A stretch of 64,000 nt of DNA from an uncultured archaeon (GTDB lineage: Archaea > Thermoplasmatota > Poseidoniia > MGIII > CG-Epi1). Below, in pieces: positions 35,685 to 46,164 of this stretch. How positions within the stretch are numbered: the first letter of the stretch is position 1; each line of letters opens with the position of its first letter. The notes below the pieces were generated by a model, which was not told where the DNA came from, searched no databases, and was given only the letters and a program-made list of their open reading frames with translations. A program made the position numbers and the translations under genes. The stretch is from contig CAYMDK010000001.1 in the NCBI GenBank assembly GCA_964389465.1, forward strand, positions 86,852-150,851, read 5' to 3'.

Positions 35685-38613
35685 CCTCGTCGTCGCCGCC
35701 ACTTCCTCGCATTCTCCTGAGCAAGACAGCGATTCCTCCAACCGCAGCTATTGCAGGTATTGAATAGAACCATGGATTCAAGCCCTCCTCCACTTTTACT
35801 TCAGGAGCTGAGGATACAGAAACCATAACGCCTTGTGACGTTTCACCAGCAGAGACGGTGATGGTATGGTCGCCGCTTGTCGCTATCCAGTCGAATTGCG
35901 AGAAGCCGTCAGCACCTGCAACCAAATCAACCAAGGCCGTTGAGGCTACCTCGCCATCCACACTCCATGTCAGTTCTGCAATTCCATCAAGGCCCCCTGC
36001 GTTACTTACTATCACGAAGAAAGGCACGTTGTCACCCTCACTCAGATCTGGGGGAATAACTTGAATCGAGGCCAGTATCACTGAGAATTCTGGATGCACG
36101 ATAGACACGCTTACATTTCTCCATGTAGTGGCCCGCCCATCACTGGCGCTTATGGCGAGGTAGTAATCACCTTCATCCAATGCACTGGTGTCCCAGAACA
36201 AGCTACCGGATGGTGCCAAACCTGAAGAAATCGTGGTAAAACCCGTGTTCGAGGAATGCCTGAAAAGAATGTCTATTTCGAGGAGATCGCCGTCCGCATC
36301 CGCCACTGACCATTGCACATCCACGCCATCGTCAATAAGGCCGAAGGGAGCTGGTGAATAGATGAAAATTTCAGGGGCGTTGTTCGGTTGTGTATGATTG
36401 ATTTCAAGAGTATAATCACTACAGTCTTCACTCCCCAAATTACCGTCACTGACCGTTCCGCATACAAACCATTCACCGTCACCAATCTGGGAAGTGTCCC
36501 ATTGGTATTCTCCGTTGTTTGCAAGGCCCGTTTCTATGGTAACAGCGTCATCCAGATTCTCCGTCATGGAGTAGTAGAGAAGGCCAATCACCAATTCGTC
36601 ACTATCTGGGTCGGTGGCCTGCCATCGAATTACGTAGCTATCATCGGCGATGTCGCCCTGTGAACTAGGTGTATTGATGGTGATTTCTGGTGAATCGTTG
36701 TGCTCTATCCGGAGGGTCTCAGAAGTATAGTCAATTTTCTCTTGTGAGGTGGAGTCGGTGGCCACGCCCATCAAGTAGTAATCGCCTTCCGCTATTCCAG
36801 AGGTATCCCATTCATATTCTCCCGAATTTTCGAGATTAGCCGCAATCAGTTGCTTCTCATTGGGTTGTGTGTCTGTGTCATAATACAGGTCGATTGCGAC
36901 TTGATCGCCGTCAGGGTCAGAGGCCACCCACGTGATGGAATAGCTTCCATCAGCGATGGCATCCCCCGGCTCTCCCACTTCCATATCTGGTGGATAATTA
37001 GATGGTGAAATAATCGCAAAACTATTGTCACTGATATCGTCAACTGAAGTGCCTAGCTCATCAGTCAACGTTACTTTCAGAAAACTATCAGCAGAATTCT
37101 CGAAAGGCACTTCCCATTGGAAGGTACCTGTATCAGGCAAACCTTCAGCGATGGTTGTCCAATCTCCATCCGGGCCGTCCGTTGAATATTCCAGTTTTAC
37201 GCTACGGGACCCTGTGGTCGACGGAATTTCCGAGAGCCAGTGGATGAACCTGATAGACCCGCCACGGAAGGTTTCCATGCCGTCAGGATAGTCCATGTCC
37301 ACGCCTAGTGACGACACGGCCGTGCTTTCACGCCAGACTTTCACACTACCTGGGTAGCCTGCCTGGTCCGTTCCAAAACCAGCAATGATATCACGGTGTC
37401 CGTTGTGATCGAAATCCCCTACCTCCATGCGGTGCCCCTGTGCATTTCCCTGCAACGTGTTCTGGGACTTTACCCATCCACCGGTTTCGGTTGCAAGATA
37501 GGTTTCAACGATACCACTAGGAGTGAGGCCCACAATATCATCGTACTTATCCTGATTCATATCAGCTAATTTTATTGTCCGATAGGCTTGGTTCGGCAAT
37601 CCTGCAGAATTATCAGTCCAGCCACCCTCTCCGTCCCCAGAGAAGGCGTAGACATGACTATCATCGTAATCGACCGTGCATAGTGCTAGATCCACGAATC
37701 CGTCATTGTTGAAATCTCCCCAGTCGAGCGAGAACGGACTTTCATCTGAACCTGATTCAACTGGCAGGCCTGCGCTGGAGTCTGTCCAGCCTCCGTTTCC
37801 GTCACCAAGGTAGACCCAGACACCGTCACGAAGATTAGCTATAAGATCCAGGAACCCGTCTCGGTTGATATCAACGAAATAGCCCTGCAAAGTGCTGGCT
37901 CTGCCCATGATTATCCCGTCGTCCTGTTGAGTCCAATTACCGTCACCCGAGTTTGCAAAAGGAGTAAGGACCATATCCATCTGACCCCCTATCAAAACAT
38001 CCAGACGCCCGTCAGCATTATAGTCTCCAACATCAATAGACCAGGCGTCCTGACTGTTACAGCCCTCACACTCTTTCTCTACCACGTTCTCGTCCCAATT
38101 TCCTCCAGAGCCTCGATAGAAGGCACTGACGTTATATTTGCCATGGCTACCAGCCACCACATCCATGTTACCGTCATTGTCAACGTCGCCAAAATCAAAT
38201 CCGCCGTAAGAGTGATGGTTAATCACTTCAGTTCCAAACGTGGATGAAACATTCGACCACGTATTACCATCCCATTGCATTACGTGGAGAGAACGGTCCC
38301 CCTGTCCCTTGCGCGGGCCCAAAAAGAAAGCCTCATCAGTCCCATCTTCGTCAATATCATGAAGCCGGACCTTGGAAACCCAGAGACCTTGTGTGGGTAG
38401 ACCATTGCTAACATCATTGTACTCCGGGGTACCTTGTGCTTCAGCATTATGGGGCAGGTAGTAAAGCCCGGAAAATATCATCGATAAAATCAGGAGAAGG
38501 CTGAGAGTGGGAGAGTGATTCTGTGACCATAGAATTCTACCATGGGTGTTTGAAATATTTAAGCCCCGTTGGAAATATCTAGTCCTGTGCACGCGAGTGG
38601 ACGCGGCAAACAC
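35665..38613 (-). CDS. Cell-surface protein: FG-GAP/VCBS beta-propeller repeats + three Ig-like repeat domains + C-terminal TM anchor and acidic tail
   Basis: FG-GAP repeats ([68 protein letters not shown]). Three ~100-aa repeats of the form ([22 protein letters not shown]...GEYEWDTS...GDYYL). C-terminus [37 protein letters not shown]. The exact start is uncertain (38613 or the internal ATG at MIFSG). Confidence 0.7.
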   Translation of the reverse strand: MFAASTRVHRTRYFQRGLNISNTHGRILWSQNHSPTLSLLLILSMIFSGLYYLPHNAEAQGTPEYNDVSNGLPTQGLWVSKVRLHDIDEDGTDEAFFLGPRKGQGDRSLHVMQWDGNTWSNVSSTFGTEVINHHSYGGFDFGDVDNDGNMDVVAGSHGKYNVSAFYRGSGGNWDENVVEKECEGCNSQDAWSIDVGDYNADGRLDVLIGGQMDMVLTPFANSGDGNWTQQDDGIIMGRASTLQGYFVDINRDGFLDLIANLRDGVWVYLGDGNGGWTDSSAGLPVESGSDESPFSLDWGDFNNDGFVDLALCTVDYDDSHVYAFSGDGEGGWTDNSAGLPNQAYRTIKLADMNQDKYDDIVGLTPSGIVETYLATETGGWVKSQNTLQGNAQGHRMEVGDFDHNGHRDIIAGFGTDQAGYPGSVKVWRESTAVSSLGVDMDYPDGMETFRGGSIRFIHWLSEIPSTTGSRSVKLEYSTDGPDGDWTTIAEGLPDTGTFQWEVPFENSADSFLKVTLTDELGTSVDDISDNSFAIISPSNYPPDMEVGEPGDAIADGSYSITWVASDPDGDQVAIDLYYDTDTQPNEKQLIAANLENSGEYEWDTSGIAEGDYYLMGVATDSTSQEKIDYTSETLRIEHNDSPEITINTPSSQGDIADDSYVIRWQATDPDSDELVIGLLYYSMTENLDDAVTIETGLANNGEYQWDTSQIGDGEWFVCGTVSDGNLGSEDCSDYTLEINHTQPNNAPEIFIYSPAPFGLIDDGVDVQWSVADADGDLLEIDILFRHSSNTGFTTISSGLAPSGSLFWDTSALDEGDYYLAISASDGRATTWRNVSVSIVHPEFSVILASIQVIPPDLSEGDNVPFFVIVSNAGGLDGIAELTWSVDGEVASTALVDLVAGADGFSQFDWIATSGDHTITVSAGETSQGVMVSVSSAPEVKVEEGLNPWFYSIPAIAAVGGIAVLLRRMRGSGGDDEDEFEWD

Positions 38614-38639
38614 CTATTTAGCCGCGACCTTCGCGCTGC

Positions 38640-39056
38640 ATGGGCGAAGAGACGCGATTACGACACGTCGCCGTGGCGGTCAAATCCATCGACACGGCGC
38701 TGCCGCTGTGGGAGGCGCTCGGCCTGCGGCTGCGCCATACCGAGGGCGTGCCCAGCGAAGGGGTGCGCACCGCGCACCTGGCGGCCGGTGGTGCCGAGGT
38801 GGAACTGCTCGAGCCGCTCGCGGACGATTCGCCGGTCGGCCGCTTCCTGGCGAAGCAGGGGCCGGGGCTGCACCACGTCGCGCTCGAGGTCCCTGACTTG
38901 TCGGCGGCGCTGGACCGTTGCAGCGCCGCCGGGCTGGAGCCGCTGGGCGGCGGTGCGCGCGACGGCACCGAGGGGACGCGCGTCGCGTTCTTCCACCCGC
39001 GCGACACCGGTGGGGTGCTGCTCGAACTGGTCGAGCCCGCCCCCAAACCGGTTTAA
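38640..39056 (+). CDS. mce: Methylmalonyl-CoA epimerase (VOC/glyoxalase family)
   Basis: Two VOC half-sites (LRHVAVAVKSID ... GLHHVALEVPDL). 138 aa, typical MCEE size. Fits the propionyl-CoA/beta-oxidation context. Confidence 0.75.
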   Translation: MGEETRLRHVAVAVKSIDTALPLWEALGLRLRHTEGVPSEGVRTAHLAAGGAEVELLEPLADDSPVGRFLAKQGPGLHHVALEVPDLSAALDRCSAAGLEPLGGGARDGTEGTRVAFFHPRDTGGVLLELVEPAPKPV

Positions 39057-39068
39057 CCGCTCCACCGC

Positions 39069-41207
39069 GTGCGGGGCCGTTCCCGCATGGCAAAAGTAAG
39101 GACGTCACCGTATCGGCAGCCGCCAACCCCCGAAGGGCTCCGGGCGATTGAGGAGGGCACGCTCGAATACTTCGACCCCGAGATGTACTCCAACTTCAAC
39201 ACCGAGGTGCTGGAGGAGTATCTCGAGGAAAAAACGCGCACCGAGGGGTTCGGCTCGACAACCTGGAAGTGGGACCAGGTGCTGCTGGGGCTGGTCATCG
39301 GCATCCTGTTCGCGGTCATCAATCAGTACGTCGGCCTCAAGGTGGGGCTGATTGTCACCGGCTCCTGGTACGTCGCCTACCTGGCGGCGATGGCGCTGCG
39401 CTGGACGCCGGGCGAGGTGAACATCTCCGCCTCCGCCTCGACCGGCGCCTCAATGGTCTGCACCGGCTTCGTCTTCACCTATCCCGCCATCTACCTGCTC
39501 GCCTACTCCTCAAAATATCGCATGGCTGATGGCAGCCACCTCGTCGACAGTTCGTTGCTGCTGCCCGAATCGTGGGTGCTGGCGGGGGTGGCGCTGGTCG
39601 CCTCGATTCTGGCCGGGTTCCTTGGCGTGCTCTACTTCATCATCTTCCGGCGGGTCTGGCTGGTCGAGGACCCGCTGCCGCTGCCGGGTTTCGAGGCCAA
39701 CGTCAAGCTGATGGACATCGCGCAGGAGACCTCGACCGGATCGGTCGAGAGCGCGCGCCACTCAATCTGGCTAGTCGGAATCTCTACGCTTCTGGTAGGT
39801 CTCTTCACCTTCCTGCGTGACTTCCCCGTTTTCAACACGGGGAGTGTCGACGCGGCAGGCGAACCGGTGCGCATCTCTGTCCTCGCCAAGGGAGCTCATG
39901 AACTGGGAATTGAGCGCTATTACGAAGGAGGTTCGACCCTGATGGTGCCTCTTGACTCGGGGATTACCAACTACACCTGGCTCGGCTTCGAGTTCACCCC
40001 GCTGATGGGGGCCATTGGCTGGTTCATGAAATTCCGGGTCGCAATGCTGGTGAGCCTCGGGACGTTTTTCACATGGTTTGTCGTGACGCCGATGGCGTTC
40101 GCCCTTGATTATCCCTTTTATTACCCGGTCGACGGACTCTACCACGCCGTCTCCGCCTACCCCGCGGCTTCGCTGAAGTCGTATGCCTACGTCGCGCGCC
40201 CGATGGCGATTGGCGCCATTCTGGGCGGTGGCATCACCGCGCTGCTGAAGATGGCACCGGTCTTCCGCACCACCGCAGCGGATGTTATCGACATCTTCAC
40301 CGGAGGCGACGCCGAGGCGAGCCGCCGCGACTACGTCAAGGGCAAGGGGTGGTATGAGTGGCCGGTGACGCATATCCCGGTCATGCTGGTGGTGACGCTG
40401 GTCGGGATTACGCTCGTATTCGCGACCGAGTTTGGCGTCCTGCCGTCGTTCATCTTCGCGCTGGTGCTCTGCCTGACCACCTTCGCGCTGGGCGCGATTG
40501 CAGTCAAGGTAATGGGTGAGACCAGCATCGAGCCCGTATCGGGAACGAGCTTCATCGTGCTGCTGATGCTGGTGCTGATTTTCAAGAACCTGCTCGGGCT
40601 GGCCCCCAGCGATGCGGCGCTGCTGGCGCTGGTCGGCACGACCGTCTTCGGCGGCGCCATCTCGATGTCGGGGACCGTGATTACGGACTACAAGGCAGCG
40701 CTGTATGTCGGCAACCGGCCAATGCACATCATGAAGACCGAACTGGTCGGCATCATCCCCGGCACGATTGTCTCAGCACTCTTTGCCGGCATCCTCTCGC
40801 TGGCGCTCGCGCGCGGCGAACTGGTGCTCTACGCACCGCAGGCGAACGCGTTTGCCGCTTTCGCGCAAATCATGCTCGGTGGCGAGACGCCGTGGCAGTT
40901 GCTGACGCTCGGATTCGGCATCGGCATCTTCATGGAACTGCTGACCGGCATGGGGACCGCCTTTGGGCTGGGAATGTACCTGCCGATGGTGGTGACGCTG
41001 CCGATGGTCGTCGGCGGGGCGCTGCGCGACCTGTGGGAGCTGAAGGTGCTGGAGCCGGCGGTCGAGCGCGACGGTCTCGGCGAGAAGGGACGCACGCTGA
41101 AGCTGCTCAACACCTACATGATTGCGACCGGGCTGATTGTGGGCGAGGCGCTGATGGGGACCGTGCTCGCCATCTACTACGTACTGCCACTGCTGGGCGG
41201 AGGCTAA
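39069..41207 (+). CDS. OPT-family (oligopeptide transporter-like) polytopic membrane protein
   Basis: About 700 aa with at least 14 predicted TM helices. The TDYKAALYVGNRP and Gly-rich helix patterns resemble the OPT superfamily. Confidence 0.55.
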   Translation: MRGRSRMAKVRTSPYRQPPTPEGLRAIEEGTLEYFDPEMYSNFNTEVLEEYLEEKTRTEGFGSTTWKWDQVLLGLVIGILFAVINQYVGLKVGLIVTGSWYVAYLAAMALRWTPGEVNISASASTGASMVCTGFVFTYPAIYLLAYSSKYRMADGSHLVDSSLLLPESWVLAGVALVASILAGFLGVLYFIIFRRVWLVEDPLPLPGFEANVKLMDIAQETSTGSVESARHSIWLVGISTLLVGLFTFLRDFPVFNTGSVDAAGEPVRISVLAKGAHELGIERYYEGGSTLMVPLDSGITNYTWLGFEFTPLMGAIGWFMKFRVAMLVSLGTFFTWFVVTPMAFALDYPFYYPVDGLYHAVSAYPAASLKSYAYVARPMAIGAILGGGITALLKMAPVFRTTAADVIDIFTGGDAEASRRDYVKGKGWYEWPVTHIPVMLVVTLVGITLVFATEFGVLPSFIFALVLCLTTFALGAIAVKVMGETSIEPVSGTSFIVLLMLVLIFKNLLGLAPSDAALLALVGTTVFGGAISMSGTVITDYKAALYVGNRPMHIMKTELVGIIPGTIVSALFAGILSLALARGELVLYAPQANAFAAFAQIMLGGETPWQLLTLGFGIGIFMELLTGMGTAFGLGMYLPMVVTLPMVVGGALRDLWELKVLEPAVERDGLGEKGRTLKLLNTYMIATGLIVGEALMGTVLAIYYVLPLLGGG

Positions 41208-41250
41208 TCCTCATATATAGCGCGGTCTTCGACGGGCTCCGGGACGAAGC

Positions 41251-41676
41251 ATGGCCAAGGAAGAATACGAGACGCCGCTGATTGATGCGTACAACCGCAC
41301 GCATCTGGATGTGCTGCACGAGGATGGCAGCTGGTACCACCCTTTCCTGCCCGAAGGAGTCTTCATGGAGGACCTGGGGCCGGTCATCGAGGAGCAACTG
41401 GTTAAGACCTACAACGAGTGCGAGCGGGAAGCCGAGAAGTACTTCGAGGAGCGCGTACGCGAGCGCTTCGCCTCGGTCTTCGCTGACGCCAACCCGGTTG
41501 ACCTTCGCGGGCTGCTGCCGAAGAAACCCCCGGTCGAATGGGCTGATCTGCCGGTAGAGGTGCAGCGAGAACTGCAGAATGTCCACGACACGGCCCAAGA
41601 AGAGGGAATTACCGAGAGAACGTTGAAAAAGCGGGTCCGCCAGTACCTTATCGACCAGTACATTATCGAGGATTAA
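41251..41676 (+). CDS. Acidic hypothetical protein (141 aa), first gene of the KaiC-like operon
   Basis: ORF ends 2 nt before the KaiC-like gene. TATA tcatatatag 31-40 nt upstream. No recognisable domain. Confidence 0.5.
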   Translation: MAKEEYETPLIDAYNRTHLDVLHEDGSWYHPFLPEGVFMEDLGPVIEEQLVKTYNECEREAEKYFEERVRERFASVFADANPVDLRGLLPKKPPVEWADLPVEVQRELQNVHDTAQEEGITERTLKKRVRQYLIDQYIIED

Positions 41677-41678
41677 CC

Positions 41679-42494
41679 ATGGCGGACGAAAAAATGAAAC
41701 CGAAGAGGGTAATGCTTGACCCTCGTGGCGGCCGTCCCCGCGAAAAATCCAAGACCCATATTGAGGGACTGGACCGCATCCTCAATGGCGGTATCCCCAT
41801 CGGGAACACCACCCTGCTGGCGGGCACTGTTGGCTCTGGAAAGACGACGCTGGCGATGGAATACCTGATTAACGGTGCCAAGCGCGGCGAAAACACGTGC
41901 TACATCTCGGTCACCGAACCTTCCTCCAAAATGCTCGAGAACCTGCGCACCTACGGCTTTTTCGAGGATTCGCTAGTTACTGAAGGAAAACTGAACGTCT
42001 TCGACCTGGGTATTATCAACGACCGGCTCGGTGTCGAGCGGCTCGACGGTTCCTATACTTCCAAGGACATGGAGGCACTACTGGGAGCGTTCGAGGATAT
42101 CGTCGACGAACTTCAGGTTACGCGACTGGTGATTGACTCGATTACCGCCATCTGCTACCAGCTCCCCGACCGCGGCGCCATCCGCAACTTCATTTTCCGG
42201 CTGGGGCAATTCCTGGCCACTTTCGGCTGCACCACCATGCTCATTTCGGAGACGGTCGTCGATGCACGCACGCAGACCTACTCCATCTTCGGCGTTGAGG
42301 AAGCTGTCGCCGACGGTGTGGTCCTGATGGGGAATGTCCAGCGGCAGGGGGACCTGCTGCGCACGCTGCAAGTGGTCAAGATGCGGGGTGCCAAACACTC
42401 GCGCTCGCGGCAGCTGGTGGAGCTGACGCCAATCGGGCTCAGCATCGTGCCGTTGCTCAAGTGGGGACAGGACACGGGGCAGGTGTTCACTTGA
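41679..42494 (+). CDS. KaiC/RecA-superfamily ATPase (canonical Walker A/B)
   Basis: GLDRILNGGIPIGNTTLLAGTVGSGKTTLAMEY (Walker A) and VIDSITAI (Walker B). Single KaiC-like domain of 271 aa. Confidence 0.75.
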   Translation: MADEKMKPKRVMLDPRGGRPREKSKTHIEGLDRILNGGIPIGNTTLLAGTVGSGKTTLAMEYLINGAKRGENTCYISVTEPSSKMLENLRTYGFFEDSLVTEGKLNVFDLGIINDRLGVERLDGSYTSKDMEALLGAFEDIVDELQVTRLVIDSITAICYQLPDRGAIRNFIFRLGQFLATFGCTTMLISETVVDARTQTYSIFGVEEAVADGVVLMGNVQRQGDLLRTLQVVKMRGAKHSRSRQLVELTPIGLSIVPLLKWGQDTGQVFT

Positions 42495-43048
42495 ACGTCC
42501 TCAAGCAAGTCGTCGCAAGCATCAAGGAGGGCGACGCCCTGACGGCGGTTTCACTCAACTCTGACAAATATCGCCCCACGTCAACTGAAATCGTAAAGCA
42601 CCTGCTGAGCAAAAAGCTGGGCGGAATCTACATCACCACGACCCGACCCTCGGGTAGCATCATTGCCGACCTCGAAAAAATCAAGGCTGACCTGGGCGAC
42701 CTCTATTTCGTGGATATGATTTCGTTGACCGTCGGTGGCGAAACTGAGGACCCGCGTACCATGTTCATCGAGTCACCTACAATGCTCGAGTCGGTGCTGC
42801 TCAATATCGGGTTGCTCGAGCGGCGCATCAAGGCCAAGCGACACTTCGTGATGTTCGACTCCGTTAACGGCCTCAGCATCTATTCCGAAAACCGGGTCCT
42901 GAAGGAATTCATCAACGTCCTCGCCAACACCATGCGACTCCGCAAGACGTATACCATGATGCTTACTGTGGAAGAGCAGACCAGCGATGACCTTACCTCG
43001 ATGCTGAAAACGCTGACTGACCGCTACATCGAAAATACAGATGGCTGA
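42461..43048 (+). CDS. Degenerate KaiC/RecA-like domain protein (no Walker A)
   Basis: Same-strand ORF overlapping its neighbours by 4-34 nt (possible TTG start at 42491). RecA-like secondary-structure pattern but no P-loop. Confidence 0.5.
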   Translation: MGTGHGAGVHLNVLKQVVASIKEGDALTAVSLNSDKYRPTSTEIVKHLLSKKLGGIYITTTRPSGSIIADLEKIKADLGDLYFVDMISLTVGGETEDPRTMFIESPTMLESVLLNIGLLERRIKAKRHFVMFDSVNGLSIYSENRVLKEFINVLANTMRLRKTYTMMLTVEEQTSDDLTSMLKTLTDRYIENTDG

Positions 43049-43802
43049 AATCGTAACCTCCGGCATTCCCCGCCTCGATGCGGCGCTGCTCGAAGGCAAA
43101 GGGTTCAAGATGGGGAGCTCAATCCTGATTGAGGGTACTTCCGGGGCGGGCAAGGAACTGCTCGCCAAGCAGTATGCGGCAGCGGGCGTCGGCGCCGAGA
43201 ATGTCGTCTATTTCTCGACCGACGAAACCTCCGAGGAGCTGGTCGAGACTTTCGAGCACTACAACTGGCCCACTGACATGCGGATTGTCAACATTGGCAC
43301 CCAGTATTTCGAGAAGGTTCTGGCGCGCGACCTGCAGGCCTCCCGCTTCAAGCAGGAAGGACTCTCCGTAAGCGAGCTGCGCAACGTCGGCGCCTACGGT
43401 GCGACCGCTGACCAGATTAACTTCGTCTCAGACATGGCGTACGAAATCTCGAAGCTGCGCTCGCCCTTCCGGGTCGTCGTCGATTCGCTCGATTTCTTCC
43501 TGCAATATTACTCGCTGGCTGAGGTACTCTCGTCGATGCGGACCATCAAGGAATACGCGCAGGCGAACGGCGGCCTCGTGCTCTACACCGTCTCGCAGGA
43601 CGCGCACGATTCGAGGACGCAGAGCCAGATTGAGGCTGTCGCCGACGTCATTATCGAGCTCGAGGTTGGCCGCATGGCGGCCGAGTTCGAGAATCGCATG
43701 ATTATCAAGAAGATTCGCAACCACCCGGAGAAGGCGTCGGTGCTGATCTACGCCGTCACCGAGCACGGCATAACGCCCGAGATGATTACCCGCGTCGCCT
43801 GA
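43041..43802 (+). CDS. KaiC/RecA-like ATPase paralog with variant Walker A (GTSGAGKE)
   Basis: GIPRLDAALLEGKGFKMGSSILIEGTSGAGKELLA, Walker B VVVDSLD. ATG overlaps the upstream stop. Confidence 0.65.
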   Translation: MAEIVTSGIPRLDAALLEGKGFKMGSSILIEGTSGAGKELLAKQYAAAGVGAENVVYFSTDETSEELVETFEHYNWPTDMRIVNIGTQYFEKVLARDLQASRFKQEGLSVSELRNVGAYGATADQINFVSDMAYEISKLRSPFRVVVDSLDFFLQYYSLAEVLSSMRTIKEYAQANGGLVLYTVSQDAHDSRTQSQIEAVADVIIELEVGRMAAEFENRMIIKKIRNHPEKASVLIYAVTEHGITPEMITRVA

Positions 43803-43847
43803 AGGCGGACGGGAAGGGTTTATCATCGCGCGCCCGGGTTCCCCGGC

Positions 43848-44861
43848 ATGCGCAGCATCCCGCTGCTGCTCACGCTAATCCTGCTCGCCCCGTCGCTCTC
43901 CGGCTGTCTGGGCGGCGAGCCCGACGAGCAGGAGCCGTGCGACGAGCAGCAATACTGGCGCCATATTTCGGAGGCTGCGCCCTACCCCGGGCTGGGCTGC
44001 GATGGCGGCCCCACCAAGACACTCGCAATCACGTTCTTCGTCTACCGGGACAACGCCAACGCCAGCTACGTCTCCAACGAGAGCTCCCTCCAGGCAGGGC
44101 TCGAGCTGGTTAACAGCGTCTTCAACTCGCATGGAATCAATTTCGCGCTGGGGGAAATCATCTATGTGGATGTCGCCTTCCCCGACGTCGAGGACGAGCA
44201 GGAGGGGGAGACCGGGACCGTCGGGAACGGCAGCGACGAGGCGGGGGGCGACTATGGCGATGGCGTCCCGGTTTCCGCCCTCGGCACGGAGTTCGAACAG
44301 CACTACAACACCAGCAACGTAAACATCGTCCTGATAACCGACGGCTGGGGCGCCTACAGCATGTATCCCTGGCACGACCGCACCTATTACGTTACCTTCG
44401 TGCGGGCGTCCACCTTCGAGACCAGCTACATCCCGTCGCACGAGCTGGGCCACTTCACCGGGCTCTACCACACCCACCAGTACCACGAATACCCGAATTC
44501 GGATTCGGCCCTCGACCGGTCGGTCGCCTGGACTGCCGACTGGGTGGTCCCGGAGGAGCAGTGCTACCGCACCGGCGACTTCGTCTGCGGCACACCCTAC
44601 GACTGCTACCAGTGGTGTGAAGAGGATATCGGCTGCGACGCCAGCGACCTCTATCAGGGCGAGAAGCCGGGGCAGGCGGAGAGCGAGTACCCCGACTGCA
44701 CCCCCGAGCAGCACTCGCCGTCGCTCGAGAACCTGATGAGCCGCTACGGCGACCGCAGCGTCCTGACCGGGGATCAGGGTGCCCGGGCTAGGTACTTCGT
44801 GCAATACATGCTCGATACCGAGCGCATGGGCAACCAGCTGGTCGCGGTCGACGACGCGTAG
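43848..44861 (+). CDS. Secreted lipoprotein zinc metalloprotease (metzincin, HExxHxxGxxH)
   Basis: Signal peptide plus lipobox-like LSGC. Zinc-binding consensus HELGHFTGLYHTH. Multiple Cys pairs. Confidence 0.7.
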   Translation: MRSIPLLLTLILLAPSLSGCLGGEPDEQEPCDEQQYWRHISEAAPYPGLGCDGGPTKTLAITFFVYRDNANASYVSNESSLQAGLELVNSVFNSHGINFALGEIIYVDVAFPDVEDEQEGETGTVGNGSDEAGGDYGDGVPVSALGTEFEQHYNTSNVNIVLITDGWGAYSMYPWHDRTYYVTFVRASTFETSYIPSHELGHFTGLYHTHQYHEYPNSDSALDRSVAWTADWVVPEEQCYRTGDFVCGTPYDCYQWCEEDIGCDASDLYQGEKPGQAESEYPDCTPEQHSPSLENLMSRYGDRSVLTGDQGARARYFVQYMLDTERMGNQLVAVDDA

Positions 44862-44870
44862 CCGGCCACC

Positions 44871-45740
44871 CTACGGCAACTGCCCCTCTCCGGGCTTCGC
44901 CCCCGGCGCGCTGCTGACCAGCAACGCGCCGCTGCCGACAATCAGCGCTGCGCCGATGGCGTCGCCCCAGACCAGCGACTGCTGGAAAAACAGCCAGCCG
45001 TAAATCCCGCCAACCAGCACCGTCGCGTAGGAAAAGGCGCCGATGTAGGCGGCGCGCGCCGCCTGGTAGGCGCGCGTCATCCCGGTCTGGCCGACGCCGG
45101 CGCAGATGCCGACGCCGATGATGGCGAGCGCTTCCGGCAGCGCCAGCTGCGGCAGCTCGCTGGCGGCGAACGGCAGGGTGACCAGCGTGCAGAAGAGCGC
45201 GAACCAGAAGACGACCCCGTCAGGCGATGCACTGGTGCGCAGCCCGCGCACGGCGAGGTAGGCGAACGCCGAGAGCACGCCCGAGATGAGCGCGACCAGC
45301 GCGTCGATTTCGACCGTGCGCAGCGACGGCGAAACTATCAGCACCGTGCCGACGAACGAGAGCGCGATGCAGCCGTAGACCAGCGGCGAGACGCGTTCGC
45401 GCAGCATCACCCCGGAGAAGAGCGCGACGAAGAGCGGCGCGGTGTACTGTAGCGTCACCGCGTTCGAGAGCGGAATCTGCTGCACCGCGTAGAAATAGCA
45501 CACCATCGCCGAGAGCCCGGCGGTGCAGCGCCAGAGCAGCAGCCGGCGGTCGCCGGCGTGGAGCGATGCGCCGCGCAGTCGCGACCAGCCCAGCAGCGCC
45601 AGCGTGATGACCAGGCTGCGGCCGAAAATCACCGTCGCGACCCCCGCCTGGTCAGCGGTCCACTTCACCAGCGCGCTGCCGGTGCCGAACGCCAGGCTGG
45701 CGAGCAGCATCCAGGCGACCGCACGCTGGGCTGCGTCCAT
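44871..45740 (-). CDS. EamA/DMT-superfamily transporter
   Basis: Ten TM helices organised as two EamA repeats. Confidence 0.75.
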   Translation of the reverse strand: MDAAQRAVAWMLLASLAFGTGSALVKWTADQAGVATVIFGRSLVITLALLGWSRLRGASLHAGDRRLLLWRCTAGLSAMVCYFYAVQQIPLSNAVTLQYTAPLFVALFSGVMLRERVSPLVYGCIALSFVGTVLIVSPSLRTVEIDALVALISGVLSAFAYLAVRGLRTSASPDGVVFWFALFCTLVTLPFAASELPQLALPEALAIIGVGICAGVGQTGMTRAYQAARAAYIGAFSYATVLVGGIYGWLFFQQSLVWGDAIGAALIVGSGALLVSSAPGAKPGEGQLP

Positions 45741-46121
45741 CTACTGCAGCACGGCAATGGCGTCTATCTCGACCAGCGCGTCGAGCGGCAGCCGCGCTAC
45801 CTCTACAGTAGAGCGCGCCGGCGCCATTTCCTCGCCGAACATCTCTATATAAACTGTGTTCATCGCGCCAAAATCATCCATGTCGGCCAGGAAGACGGTG
45901 GTTTTCACCACGTCCGCCAGCGTGAGCCCGCGCTCCGCCAGCACCGCCTGCAGGTTGCGGATGGCCTGACGGGTCTGCTCTGCGACGCCAGCTTCGAGTG
46001 TGGCGACGTCATGCTGGCGGCCGACCTGCCCGCTCATGAACAGCAGCCCGGCGTCAGCGACCGCCTGCGAGTAGGGGCCGATGGGGGGTGGCGCTTTGGG
46101 TGATTCGACGATTTCCTTCAT
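45741..46121 (-). CDS. ridA: RidA/YjgF-family reactive-intermediate (enamine/imine) deaminase
   Basis: MKEIVESPKAPPPIGPYSQAV...TTVFL.DM.DF..MN.VY, a canonical RidA sequence of 126 aa. The longer track ORF upstream is junk. Confidence 0.85.
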   Translation of the reverse strand: MKEIVESPKAPPPIGPYSQAVADAGLLFMSGQVGRQHDVATLEAGVAEQTRQAIRNLQAVLAERGLTLADVVKTTVFLADMDDFGAMNTVYIEMFGEEMAPARSTVEVARLPLDALVEIDAIAVLQ

Positions 46122-46164
46122 GCCCCCCGACAGACGGCCTGAATAGTCTTTTTGCCCCGCCGGC

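Larger units (their letters stand above)
34936..38620. other. Low-GC genomic island 2 (about 48-50% GC) inserted immediately 3' of tRNA-Glu, no integrase
   Basis: Composition drops directly after the tRNA-Glu CCA end and recovers at the mcee start. Contains PPS and a 982-aa FG-GAP surface protein. Confidence 0.45.

Noticed and set aside
35665-38613. Use of the internal ATG (MIFSG...) as the FG-GAP protein start because a TATA-like ttaaatattt lies downstream of the annotated start
   Set aside because: Could not decide from sequence alone. The longer ORF gives a plausible signal-anchor, whereas the shorter start gives only a weak 8-residue hydrophobic stretch. Kept the long form and flagged the uncertainty.
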